Below the pieces are notes generated by a model. That model had not been told where the DNA came from, ran no database searches, and saw only the letters and a program-made list of their open reading frames with translations. From positions 5,084 through 67,964 of the forward strand of contig CAZMZV010000001.1 in the NCBI GenBank assembly GCA_964570975.1: a DNA stretch of 62,881 nt, in the 5' to 3' direction. Shown here one piece after another: positions 31,866-41,160 of the stretch (within the stretch, counting starts at the first letter, position 1; every line of letters starts with the position of its first letter). This DNA comes from an uncultured Methanotrichaceae archaeon (GTDB taxonomy: Archaea; Halobacteriota; Methanosarcinia; Methanotrichales; Methanotrichaceae). The translations under genes and the position numbers were made by a program.

Positions 31866-32294
31866 TCATAAACGCAGCATCTTCTCACGTATCTCTTTGA
31901 AGCTCCATCGATGGCCTCTGTTGATTCCTGGGCATCTCGCGGCCTCTGAGAGCCATGACTCTCTGCTCTTAAGTATCTCCGGCCAGAAGGGATAGCTTCT
32001 GCATTGGAGAGGTCTCACCGGATATATGGAACAGCGATTTCCTTGAAGCATTATGCAGCTCATGTCGATCTTATCTCTCATGACGAATCCATGCTCGCAT
32101 TCTATAAGAAAATCTCTGATCAGCATATCCTCTTGAACATTCAGGAAATCCGCAATCCTTCTGCACTCCTCGGCTGAGAGCCAGACGATTCCGGGCTCGC
32201 ATCTGCAGCATCTTCCGCAGAGCGTGCACTCGAACTTCAAACCATCCCTGTACCAGGGTTCTGTCTCTCGCTTTATATCCTGCACACTCCACAT
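31866..32294 (-). CDS. YkgJ-family cysteine-cluster protein
   Basis: FECTLCGRCC, C.IYPVRPLQCRSYPFW, CPG. Confidence 0.9.
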   Translation of the reverse strand: MWSVQDIKRETEPWYRDGLKFECTLCGRCCRCEPGIVWLSAEECRRIADFLNVQEDMLIRDFLIECEHGFVMRDKIDMSCIMLQGNRCSIYPVRPLQCRSYPFWPEILKSRESWLSEAARCPGINRGHRWSFKEIREKMLRL

Positions 32295-32340
32295 CAGAAA
32301 CTGTTGGCTCGTCTAGTCTATGCTCGACTGAGTCTATATA

Positions 32341-32652
32341 TCAAAGGACAGAATCGCCGATCCATCTCAGATATGGCGGATGTCCATCTGCTATCTCCAA
32401 TGCGATTATCTCCGGCAGCTGGTAACTGTGGAGCTCCAAGATCTTCTCGGAGACCCTATGAAACATATCTGATGTTGTTTTGATGAAAAGCATCTCCTCA
32501 TCCTCACTAGAGAGCTTGTTCTCCCAGGTGAAATGTGATCGAACTGGGAGTATGTTGACGCATGCTGCCAGACGCTCCTCCACGAGAGCCCTTGCTATGC
32601 GATCCCCATCCCCTCGTGGAGTTGTGGTTATTACGAGGATATATTCACCCAT
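32341..32652 (-). CDS. cutA: Divalent-cation tolerance protein CutA
   Basis: LVEERLAACVN, IKT, LHSYQLPEI, YLRWI. Confidence 0.92.
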   Translation of the reverse strand: MGEYILVITTTPRGDGDRIARALVEERLAACVNILPVRSHFTWENKLSSEDEEMLFIKTTSDMFHRVSEKILELHSYQLPEIIALEIADGHPPYLRWIGDSVL

Positions 32653-33026
32653 CTTCCGCCCCTCTCTGTGAGCTCCTTCTTCCATATCGGCACCCTTTTT
32701 TTAAGTTCATCGATAACATACTCGCATGCCTGGAACGCCTCCTTGCGGTGGGGAGCAGTGCATATTACTACGAGTATCACCTCGCCCAAAGATAGGCGCC
32801 CTCTTCGATGCGCGATCTCAAGAGAGATAACGTCAAATCGCTCTATAGCTTCTTTTTTTATCTTACCAAGCTCCTCCAAGGCGGCCTCCTCGTAAGCCTC
32901 AATCTCAAGCCCGGTGACATCTGGATCTGCCCGAACGACTCCAGCGAACATGACCACAGCGCCTGCATCAGGACTTATCGACCTGCAAAGCAGATCGGCC
33001 ACATCAATCGCATCATCTGTTATCAA
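32631..33026 (-). CDS. moaE: Molybdopterin synthase catalytic subunit
   Basis: GAVVMFAGVVR, HRRG, HRKEAF, LKKRVPIWKKE. Confidence 0.93.
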   Translation of the reverse strand: MITDDAIDVADLLCRSISPDAGAVVMFAGVVRADPDVTGLEIEAYEEAALEELGKIKKEAIERFDVISLEIAHRRGRLSLGEVILVVICTAPHRKEAFQACEYVIDELKKRVPIWKKELTERGGRWVNISS

Positions 33027-33029
33027 ACA

Positions 33030-33167
33030 GCGACCCCCTTTCTGGCCTGAAGACCGAAACGCATGCTGTTCTCTATCACCACATGGCTTCTCTCATCTCT
33101 CGAGCGGATCCGCCTCTTTTCAGCGACTCCCTCTTCGGCCTGAAGTCCAGAGTCTGCGCCCTGCTAT
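33030..33167 (-). repeat. Two tandem family H hairpins (33030-33076, 33123-33167)
   Basis: tcggtcttcaggccaga and ctctggacttcaggccgaag on the minus strand, each preceded by ATAG and ending GTCGC. Confidence 0.7.
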
Positions 33168-33173
33168 TATCTA

Positions 33174-33452
33174 TCAACCGCCTGCCACAGGTGGAAATAT
33201 GGCGATCTCGTCTTGATCCGAGAGCCTGGTATCAAGATCGGATGGTATATCCAATCTCCTGCGGTTTACCATTATTATAAAATAATCCCTGATCTCGCCG
33301 GACTCGGTGAAGACAGCCTTCTTCAGATCCGGCTTCATCTCGCAAAGGCGGCATATGAGATCCGATACATTCGAACCATCCCCGAGCTCCACGCATACCT
33401 CCCTTCCGAGGATCTCCCTGAAGCTGGCGAACGCCTTGATTTTTATGATCAT
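33174..33452 (-). CDS. moaD: MoaD/SAMP1-like sulfur carrier
   Basis: beta-grasp pattern ending FPPVAGG. Confidence 0.9.
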   Translation of the reverse strand: MIIKIKAFASFREILGREVCVELGDGSNVSDLICRLCEMKPDLKKAVFTESGEIRDYFIIMVNRRRLDIPSDLDTRLSDQDEIAIFPPVAGG

Positions 33453-33490
33453 ATCGTCACCTCGAGATCATAGCCTGTGCATTCTTGTTC

Positions 33491-33799
33491 TCATCGCCTC
33501 TTCAGCGATCTCAAGACCTCTTCTCTTCCGAGTTTCCTTACTCGTTCTGCTTCAGCAACATCGACGTGCTTGAGAACAAAGGTCCCATGGCACGGCTTGG
33601 TGTAGGGAAAGATAACGCTTCCGTCCTTCATAATGCCTATGGCTATCGGTGGCACTCCTATGATATACTCTCCGAATAGCTTGAACCCCGGCTGGAAGTA
33701 GTAGTACTCATCGCAATTAGACTCTATGTACTCCCTGGCCTCCTTGAAAGAGATCCCCCTGAGAAGGACCTGGGGTTTTAACATCTCTATACAGCCCAT
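33491..33799 (-). CDS. DUF1894-family protein
   Basis: MGCIE..., FPYTKPCHG; methanogen family usually paired with DUF1890. Confidence 0.8.
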   Translation of the reverse strand: MGCIEMLKPQVLLRGISFKEAREYIESNCDEYYYFQPGFKLFGEYIIGVPPIAIGIMKDGSVIFPYTKPCHGTFVLKHVDVAEAERVRKLGREEVLRSLKRR

Positions 33800-34254
33800 G
33801 CCAGAACCTCGTCTATCTTTCTCTTCAACGGCAGAGGGTTGTGCACGGCCTTCTCCACTATCTTATCTGATTCGAACTCCACAGAGCCTTCCAGTTCTTC
33901 AGCATTTCTACCGAAGAGGACTACAAAGATTCTCGCTTCCGGAAGCAGCGACCTCACGGTGGCGGCATATGTAATTCCAGCATCGTTATGGGCGAATGCG
34001 AAACAGATATCGAAAGATCTCCGCCCCTCCACTATATCCGCTATCATCCTATCTATCTCGACCAAGGTTCCAAGGTAAAATCTCTTGTGATCTGCGACTG
34101 CAGCTAGATTTAGGGCCGCCGGATTGCCTGCGATAAAGACCTCAGAGTCTTTCTCCCTCAGAACCCCTGAGAGATAGATAACAAGACTCATCTGGACTGG
34201 GACCTCCGGACAGCCCATCAAGATGAGCGCTTTTTTCTTCATCCGCCTCCTCAC
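33787..34254 (-). CDS. DUF1890-family protein
   Basis: LMGCPEVPVQ, HNDAG, HNP.PL. Confidence 0.82.
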   Translation of the reverse strand: MRRRMKKKALILMGCPEVPVQMSLVIYLSGVLREKDSEVFIAGNPAALNLAAVADHKRFYLGTLVEIDRMIADIVEGRRSFDICFAFAHNDAGITYAATVRSLLPEARIFVVLFGRNAEELEGSVEFESDKIVEKAVHNPLPLKRKIDEVLAWAV

Positions 34255-34259
34255 AAGGA

Positions 34260-35069
34260 TTATGTACCAATTCTCACGTTCAGCGTTGTATTCTTCAGGG
34301 TTGCTATCGCGGATAGGGCTGCAAGATAGCTTGTCCTGGGATTTCTGGGAGATGGTACGTTCTCCACTCTTGTGACCATCCTTCCGAAGTCTCCTTCGGC
34401 CAAGATCTCATGCACATTAACCTCTGCCTTTGGATCCACCACTATCCTAACCCAAGCGTCCTGTCCGTATGTCAGGCTCAGTGTCGCAGCGACATTGACG
34501 TTTGCAGGAAACGCCTTTACGGCTTCAGATGCAGGCCCCTCATAGATGAGCGTTGGCTCTTTGAAGGAACTGAGATCTATATTTTTCTCGATCACATATG
34601 GCGCGCCCTCCAGGCCGGCAGGCGGTTTGGTGCTCGTTAAAATCACCTTTCTCAGACGTCCTATCGAGGCAGATTTGAGACCATCAAGGCCGGTTATCGC
34701 ACCGGATGGTATATACACCATGCAACCATTCTCCTCCGCCAGCGAACATATTCTCATGTAGAGATCCCTGTCCATGAGCGCGCCGACCGACATGATCATG
34801 AGATCTTTTCCGCGCTTTAAAACAGCCTCAGCGACCTGAGGGACCGCGGCCTGAGATGCAGCCTCGACGACGATATCCGAGAGATCCACGAGCTCATCCA
34901 GACCCACGACCATCGGCCTCTTCTTCATAACATCTATCAGCCTGCTGATGTTCTTTGGATTTCGATCGAAGACGGCAACAAGATCAGCATTTATATCGCC
35001 ACGATCTATCGCAGAGGCGATCTCGAATCCAATAGCTCCACAGCCAACCAAGCCAATTTTTATGGGCAT
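34260..35069 (-). CDS. nadX: L-aspartate dehydrogenase
   Basis: GCGAIG, VEAAS, MSVGAL, SGAI.GLD, FPANVNVAA, NPRTSYLA. Confidence 0.92.
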   Translation of the reverse strand: MPIKIGLVGCGAIGFEIASAIDRGDINADLVAVFDRNPKNISRLIDVMKKRPMVVGLDELVDLSDIVVEAASQAAVPQVAEAVLKRGKDLMIMSVGALMDRDLYMRICSLAEENGCMVYIPSGAITGLDGLKSASIGRLRKVILTSTKPPAGLEGAPYVIEKNIDLSSFKEPTLIYEGPASEAVKAFPANVNVAATLSLTYGQDAWVRIVVDPKAEVNVHEILAEGDFGRMVTRVENVPSPRNPRTSYLAALSAIATLKNTTLNVRIGT

Positions 35070-35110
35070 CAAAGCCTATAAATCAATTGGGAGATGAAAG
35101 CCTTTACGGT

Positions 35111-35929
35111 ATGTTAAGGCCTTATATCGAGAGGTTTCTTAAGGAGGATCTGGGCGAGTGGGATGATTCCACGAGCATCGTGCCAAATATGGATGCATTT
35201 GCTGAGATAATCGCCAAAGAGAGCTGCATACTCGCCGGCCTGGAAGAGGTCTCAATGCTGTTCGACTATCTGGGGGTAACTACAAAACTGCTATTCGACG
35301 ATGGGGAGTATGCGCCGGCAGGGGCAGAGGTTATGGAGCTGGAGGGGTGTGCCCCTAGCATACTGAAAGGTGAGAGGCTGGCGCTCAACATCCTCGGCCG
35401 AATGAGCGGTATAGCGACGCTCACAAGGGAATGTGTGCTGAAAGCATCTAATGTTAAGGTCGCATGCACGAGAAAGACCACTCCAGGCTTCAGATACTTC
35501 GAGAAGAAGGCTGTGCTGCTTGGTGGAGGAGATGTTCACAGGTTCAACCTGTCAGGCGCTGTTATGATCAAGGATAACCACATAGCCATAATGGGGCTTG
35601 AGCGCGCCATGGCTGAGGCGAAGAGGCGTGCAAGCTTTACCAAGAAGATAGAGGTCGAGGTTGAGGACCTAGATACGATGATACGCGCTGCGGAGCTCGG
35701 AGCAGATATAATAATGTTTGATAATATGGATCCTGAGGAGATAAAGAGATGCATTGTTAAGCTCGAAGAGATGGGCGTGAGATCGAAAGTTATACTTGAA
35801 GCATCTGGCGGGATAACTCCAGATAATATAGAATCATATGCATCGATAGGTGTGGATGTGATATCAATGGGTGCTCTCACACGCAGCGCGAGGTGGATAG
35901 ACTTCAGCATGGAGGTCCATAAAAGATGA
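35111..35929 (+). CDS. nadC: Nicotinate-nucleotide pyrophosphorylase (carboxylating)
   Basis: ERLALN, SGIAT, TRKTTPG, HR, KDNH, EVEVE, EASGG; alternative TTG start at 35087. Confidence 0.95.
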   Translation: MLRPYIERFLKEDLGEWDDSTSIVPNMDAFAEIIAKESCILAGLEEVSMLFDYLGVTTKLLFDDGEYAPAGAEVMELEGCAPSILKGERLALNILGRMSGIATLTRECVLKASNVKVACTRKTTPGFRYFEKKAVLLGGGDVHRFNLSGAVMIKDNHIAIMGLERAMAEAKRRASFTKKIEVEVEDLDTMIRAAELGADIIMFDNMDPEEIKRCIVKLEEMGVRSKVILEASGGITPDNIESYASIGVDVISMGALTRSARWIDFSMEVHKR

Positions 35930-35946
35930 ACCTTGGATCGCGGTGA

Positions 35947-37101
35947 ATGCTTATGCGATACATCCTTATTTTGTTCATGCTTTTAATGACGCCTATTTGC
36001 CTGGCCGCTGAGAAGGATGAGAACAGCGTGAGCTTTCAGGAGTTCACACTCACCATTGGAGATAGAGTGGAGCTTGGAGATTACCGCGTGGAGCTCGTAG
36101 ATATACAGTCTTTGAAGGATGGACTTGTGGTGCTCCGCGTCACTCAGGGAAGCAAGTTCGATGAGCAGAGGGTCGTTATAGAGGGCAGCCCCAACAGGTT
36201 CAATGGAGGTGCGGAGGAGAGGGGTCTGACTCTAACGATAACGGATATATTTGATGAAGAGTCCGCGAAGTTGCGGGTGGAGTACAAAGAGAGCCTCGGC
36301 ACGCCGAGAAAGAGGCTGGCGGAGAAGCGTGAAGCAAGAGCGGCTCCAAATCTGATCGTGGAGAAGAGTTTTGACAGGACCAATATCAACTATGGCGATG
36401 AAGTTAAGGTGACCATCACAGTTAAAAATGTGGGAAGCGATACGGCTCGGAGCATAGAGGTATACGACATTCCCCCTCTCGCGGAGTTCGCGTATATAGC
36501 TGGCTATCCTCCTAAGATAAAGAGCGAGCTGAATCCGGGAGAGTCTGATTCCGCAGTATATGTCATGCGTTCCGTCAAAGAAGGTCTCGTCAAGGTCCCT
36601 CCTATAGAGGTCAGATACACAGATTCAAAAAATAAAATTAAAACAAATACATCTGTGGCCTCTGAGATATTAGTAATGCCTCCCAAGAGGCCGAATATAG
36701 TAGCACGTATAAATGTAACAAATGTAACTGCTGGCGAGAGCTCTCTGGTAGAGGTGAGTATAGAAAACACAGGTCAGGCAACTGCGACAATGGTGGAGGT
36801 CGCCTCGGAGATAAAACCACCTGCTGGCCTGAAATGCATCGGCCTGGATCAGATTATACCTGAGATTCCGGCCGGCGGCGTGAAGAGATATACAGCTCAG
36901 ATTCAGGGCGAGAGGAGCGGGAACTATACGATCTCATTGATTATAAGCTACAGAGGCGGCGACTCGATCTCTATGACCAGAACCGCGGCGAATGTGAATG
37001 TGCTCGAACGAGAGTATAAATATCTGTATTATCTACTCGTTCTACCATTGATGATAGTGGGGATATGGGTGTACAAAAGATACAAGGAATATAAATACTA
37101 A
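35947..37101 (+). CDS. Membrane-anchored secreted protein with BatD/CARDB-like Ig domains
   Basis: signal peptide, two (T/S)V.N.G...A Ig-like domains, C-terminal TM plus basic tail YKRYKEYKY. Confidence 0.85.
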   Translation: MLMRYILILFMLLMTPICLAAEKDENSVSFQEFTLTIGDRVELGDYRVELVDIQSLKDGLVVLRVTQGSKFDEQRVVIEGSPNRFNGGAEERGLTLTITDIFDEESAKLRVEYKESLGTPRKRLAEKREARAAPNLIVEKSFDRTNINYGDEVKVTITVKNVGSDTARSIEVYDIPPLAEFAYIAGYPPKIKSELNPGESDSAVYVMRSVKEGLVKVPPIEVRYTDSKNKIKTNTSVASEILVMPPKRPNIVARINVTNVTAGESSLVEVSIENTGQATATMVEVASEIKPPAGLKCIGLDQIIPEIPAGGVKRYTAQIQGERSGNYTISLIISYRGGDSISMTRTAANVNVLEREYKYLYYLLVLPLMIVGIWVYKRYKEYKY

Positions 37102-37177
37102 CAGTCATCTTAATCGTATGAATAGTGTTGCTGAGAAAAATCTGTGCGTGTAAAAGCCCAAGAACGGGTTTGAGATC

Positions 37178-38281
37178 ATGTTGAACGTACTCATGTTAGG
37201 CGTAGGCCAGTGCGGTAATAGGATACTGGATGCTGTGAACAAGCAGGCATTCGGTGGCTCAAGGCTCGCGAAATACTACTCTAAGCAGAGATTTCCGAGC
37301 AGAGTTGAGACCATCGCAATAAATACCGCAATAAACGACCTCAAGGAGCTGAAGTTCACCGCTGCCAAGGACAGGCTTCACGTCCCAAATCTGCACGGTG
37401 TGGGTGCAAACAGGAACAAGGGCAAGCAGGGCTTCTGGGACAATCAAGAGATGATCTTGGAGGAGATCGAGAAAAGGGGCGATTTCGATCTTATTTTCGT
37501 CATGACCTCCGTCTCGGGAGGCACCGGTTCCTCATTCTCCCCTCTTCTGATCCATGAGCTGAAAAAGGTATACAAGAATGCCACAATAGTGCCGATTGCT
37601 GTACTGCCCTTCCGGGAGGAGGGGACGATATACCTCCAGAACGCAGCATTCTGTCTGAGAGAGATGATCGAGGTCGAGGCAGACGGCATGATTCTGGTTG
37701 ATAATCAATATCTAAAGAGGTTCAGCGGTGATATCGCCTCGGCTTATGACAAAATTAACACAATGGTCGCCCAGAGGCTGCTCTTCCTGATAGAATCGCT
37801 TGACAGCGAGATGCTCTCCGTGACGGATCTCGGGGACTTCAAGACCGTGATGAGTGGCGGCCTGCGAATGGGTACGTTGGGATATTATCAGGCGGACAAG
37901 AAGAGCCCATCTGTCAGAGCGGCCATCAAGAACAGCCTTCGCGAGGTTGGACTTTTGTATCCTGCTAACGTGGATGCTGGCGAGGCCGGCAGGGCGATGA
38001 TAGTTATCCAGGGCTCTAAGGAGTACATGGATGTTGATGAGATAACAAAGGAGATCGAGTCTCTGACCTCGACGATAGGCCATGTGTTCAAGGGGATAGT
38101 TATCAAGAGGGGCGAGCCAAAGGTGCTCTCGGTTCTCTCCTTGGAGAGGGCTCCGGGATTGGTCGAGCTCTACGAAAAGGCGAAGTGGGCCATCCAGGAG
38201 GAGCGCGAGCGCAAGGACAGAGCCAGAAGCGAGCTCTATGAGGCGTTTGAGCAGATCAACGACCTGGAGGAGATCTACTGA
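37178..38281 (+). CDS. cetZ: Tubulin/FtsZ-superfamily protein, CetZ-like
   Basis: GVGQCGNRI, AINTA, SGGTGS tubulin motif, LPF..EG, VDN, T7-like DLGDF. Confidence 0.85.
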   Translation: MLNVLMLGVGQCGNRILDAVNKQAFGGSRLAKYYSKQRFPSRVETIAINTAINDLKELKFTAAKDRLHVPNLHGVGANRNKGKQGFWDNQEMILEEIEKRGDFDLIFVMTSVSGGTGSSFSPLLIHELKKVYKNATIVPIAVLPFREEGTIYLQNAAFCLREMIEVEADGMILVDNQYLKRFSGDIASAYDKINTMVAQRLLFLIESLDSEMLSVTDLGDFKTVMSGGLRMGTLGYYQADKKSPSVRAAIKNSLREVGLLYPANVDAGEAGRAMIVIQGSKEYMDVDEITKEIESLTSTIGHVFKGIVIKRGEPKVLSVLSLERAPGLVELYEKAKWAIQEERERKDRARSELYEAFEQINDLEEIY

Positions 38282-39621
38282 GACATCATGGTGATGCGTC
38301 GCTTGTACTCTTCCACATCGAACTTTCTTCTCAATCCCTCATAGCTCATGTATCGGATCTTGCCGAAGATCGGCCGCTCCCTGAATGGTCTGTCGTGTAA
38401 ACCCCCAATACTCCATGCGCATCCGACATAGCCGTTGGGGTCACGGCCATCCAGCTCATATCTGTCGTTGAGGTATATCGCTCTGCTCAGAGCGATCTCA
38501 GGCGATTCCGACCACTCGAGTATCTTCTTGGCCCAGTACATTCTCATATACCCGTGCATCTTTCCTTTGATGAGCATCTCAAGCTGGGCCGCATTCCAGA
38601 GATCGTCGTGTGTCCTTCCCTCTTCCAGTTCCGCAAGGGTGTAAAGATACTCCCTCCTATCGCCTCGGTGGTCGTTGAGCGTCTTGCGCGCCCACTCCGG
38701 CAATCCATTAAAAGAATCATACCTATCGTTGTAATAGCAGAAATTATCTGAGAGCTCTCGGCGCACGATAAGCTCATCGAGAAACTCGCCGTAATCGCCT
38801 CGATTTGTAATAGCAAGTGCGACACGCTGTGCGGATATCTGGCCGAAATGAAGATATGGTGACAGCCCGGACTCTGCGTCTTTTGTGGGATTGTTATGAT
38901 GCAATGCATAGACCTCCAGCTTTCCTTTTATGAAGCTTTTAAGCTGTTCGTCAGCAACATCCTCTCCAGAGAGGTATGGTGCGCTCGTGTATGCTTTTAG
39001 ATTCAAACTGCTCTCCACCGAGCTCCAATCATTCTCCACGTAATCCTTCCACTCTCTTAAGGGTGGATTTATCTCTGGGAACCTCTCGAGAAACTCCGGA
39101 AGGTGTTTCTTGATCTTCCTCCTGAATGTCTGTGCAGACCATTCCTGCTTCTCGGAGGCGATCCAACATGGAACTATATTGTGGGCATCGACCTCATGAA
39201 TAGGTATGCTTACGCGCTCTGCTATTCTCGACTTCCATGTTAGCGATATCCTCAAGGGGCTGAAGTCCGTCACGAGAATTCCCGCGCCAGAGTCGTCTAT
39301 AAGGCTTGGAATGGCGTCAACCGGCTCGCCGTGAAGGAGCATGAACGTTACATTCATGCCCTTCAGACGATGCTCTACCTTCCTCAGGCCATCGATCATG
39401 AACTTATACGATCTACCAGTGGCGTTCAGGAAACCGGGCGCGATGCAGAATACCACAGCGACAGGCTCGTTCAGCTCTCTCGCAAGACCGAGAGCGTATA
39501 TCAGACTCCAGTTATCGGCGACGCGCTGATCGCGGCTCATCCAGTAGACGACGGGGCCTTTGATCTCACCACCGCGGATCACACGCATCCTCTTTGGGTT
39601 TATAGCTATCCTCACACACAT
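38275..39621 (-). CDS. phr: Class II CPD photolyase
   Basis: VYWMSRDQR..DNW, LSPYLHFGQIS, RRELSDNF, MHGYMRMYWAKK, DGRDPNGY. Confidence 0.95.
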   Translation of the reverse strand: MCVRIAINPKRMRVIRGGEIKGPVVYWMSRDQRVADNWSLIYALGLARELNEPVAVVFCIAPGFLNATGRSYKFMIDGLRKVEHRLKGMNVTFMLLHGEPVDAIPSLIDDSGAGILVTDFSPLRISLTWKSRIAERVSIPIHEVDAHNIVPCWIASEKQEWSAQTFRRKIKKHLPEFLERFPEINPPLREWKDYVENDWSSVESSLNLKAYTSAPYLSGEDVADEQLKSFIKGKLEVYALHHNNPTKDAESGLSPYLHFGQISAQRVALAITNRGDYGEFLDELIVRRELSDNFCYYNDRYDSFNGLPEWARKTLNDHRGDRREYLYTLAELEEGRTHDDLWNAAQLEMLIKGKMHGYMRMYWAKKILEWSESPEIALSRAIYLNDRYELDGRDPNGYVGCAWSIGGLHDRPFRERPIFGKIRYMSYEGLRRKFDVEEYKRRITMMSQ

Positions 39622-39721
39622 TCACCCTGATTTATGCATTGATATGTGTAACCTCGCTGCCCCTACGACTTGACTTAACTTTACAGGATGGCTTATCATG
39701 ATAGGTCGTCGGGGCGATCGT

Positions 39722-40843
39722 CTATATTTTGATGCGCGCTGAGACCTCAGAGGGTTCGTATCTGAGACGTATGATTCTGCTTCTGCCTCTAGTGCCAGAG
39801 CCTGTAAAGGATGCATCTAAAAGCCTCAGGGCCTCCAACCTTCCGAGGATCTCGTAAAACTTTGTGTATCCGGCTCCTGTCTTCTCCTTATAAATCTCGT
39901 ACAGCTCGCCGGATCTAATCTCTTTTGCCGGCTGCTCTGCGATGATCTTCAAGAGAGCGCTCTCGTCTCTGCTCAAAGAGCGAATCGCATTCTCCAGATG
40001 CAAGAATCTGGAGCTCTCGAAGGCCCTTCTGACATCATCTTCCGCTATGCTCTTTGATGCCCTTCTCTCGGCTTCAAGGCCTGAGCGCTTCAGGAGGTCT
40101 ATACCAACCCTAAGATCGCCAGAGCTGGCCGTGAGATCCGCAACCAAGGCAAGAACCTGCTGAGGCATAACGCCCTTATAGAAGCCAAGCTGAACCCTTC
40201 TCGCGAGTATCGCGAATATCTCATCTCTTGTGTAGGCGGGAAAGAGAACCTCTTCAGGCCTGAAAACAGATACAACCCTCGGATCGAGGATGTATCTCAT
40301 AGATGGCTCGCTGTGTGCTGCTATAACGCCCGCCCTGAACCCCGGCAGGGACTCATGAGACCTCAGCAATGTGTACAGAACATGATCGATCTCTCTATCT
40401 GAGAAGAGATAGTTGACGTCATCCAGCGCTACAAGAAGCACGCCCTTCCGGGATACAAGCTCCATCGCCACCTTTTCGAAGAGTCTCTTAAAAGATACGC
40501 CGCTGGATGGAGGAGCAATGCCAAAGATCTTCTTGTATATTTTTGAAAAAATGGCATAACGTGTGCGATCCATTTGACAGTTTACATGGACGGGTATGAT
40601 GCTTTTTGTGTGCTTTTCGATCTCCTCGAATAACTTTAGTATCGCGGTCGTCTTGCCTGTTCCAGGTGGGCCCATACATAAAGCATTCAACGGCCTACCT
40701 CCGCGAAACGCTGGCTTTACGCAGAACCTCAAGCTCCTCATCTGGGCATCTCTGTACTCAAAATGCTCCGGGACGTAGTCCAGCTCGAAGACATTGGGGT
40801 CCTTGAAGAGCGTCTCATCCCAGAGAAGCATATCATCTTTCAT
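39722..40843 (-). CDS. cdc6: ORC1/Cdc6 replication initiator
   Basis: DYVPE, GPPGTGKT, VNC, LDD, GDLR..IDL, C-terminal RGRSR winged helix; likely start MKDDMLLWD. Confidence 0.93.
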   Translation of the reverse strand: MKDDMLLWDETLFKDPNVFELDYVPEHFEYRDAQMRSLRFCVKPAFRGGRPLNALCMGPPGTGKTTAILKLFEEIEKHTKSIIPVHVNCQMDRTRYAIFSKIYKKIFGIAPPSSGVSFKRLFEKVAMELVSRKGVLLVALDDVNYLFSDREIDHVLYTLLRSHESLPGFRAGVIAAHSEPSMRYILDPRVVSVFRPEEVLFPAYTRDEIFAILARRVQLGFYKGVMPQQVLALVADLTASSGDLRVGIDLLKRSGLEAERRASKSIAEDDVRRAFESSRFLHLENAIRSLSRDESALLKIIAEQPAKEIRSGELYEIYKEKTGAGYTKFYEILGRLEALRLLDASFTGSGTRGRSRIIRLRYEPSEVSARIKI

Positions 40844-40971
40844 CAGCCTCAAGACTCTATTCAAGAACAAGTATATATATGCCTGTGTAGTGAGATACTT
40901 AAGAGGAGGGAGTCGATACGACAGAGGCACAACCCGGAGCTCAGGAAGCTCCTGAGGATACCAAGTCTAAG

Positions 40972-41160
40972 ATGCCGCAGTTTCTGCCAAAGCTTAAAGG
41001 CCAACAGGTCATGATAAGAATGAACGACGGCAGGCCGCTGAGCGGCAGGCTGGTCTCATTCAACGCATACGAGATCGTGCTGGACGCGGGTCCCAGAACA
41101 TATCTGCTCTTCAAGCATGCAATCGCAAGCATAGAGGTGCCAAAGGGCATCTTGGACTGA
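40972..41160 (+). CDS. hfq: Hfq-like Sm-fold RNA chaperone
   Basis: Sm1 V.I.MNDG..L.G.LVSFNAY.I and Hfq Sm2 signature LLFKHAI. Confidence 0.85.
   Translation: MPQFLPKLKGQQVMIRMNDGRPLSGRLVSFNAYEIVLDAGPRTYLLFKHAIASIEVPKGILD

Noticed and set aside
37178..38281. Calling this gene ftsZ
   Set aside because: Lacks the FtsZ GGGG.N and NxDFAD motifs; fits the CetZ-like group better
38275..39621. Photolyase in an anaerobe as a novelty
   Set aside because: Class II photolyases are already established in methanogens
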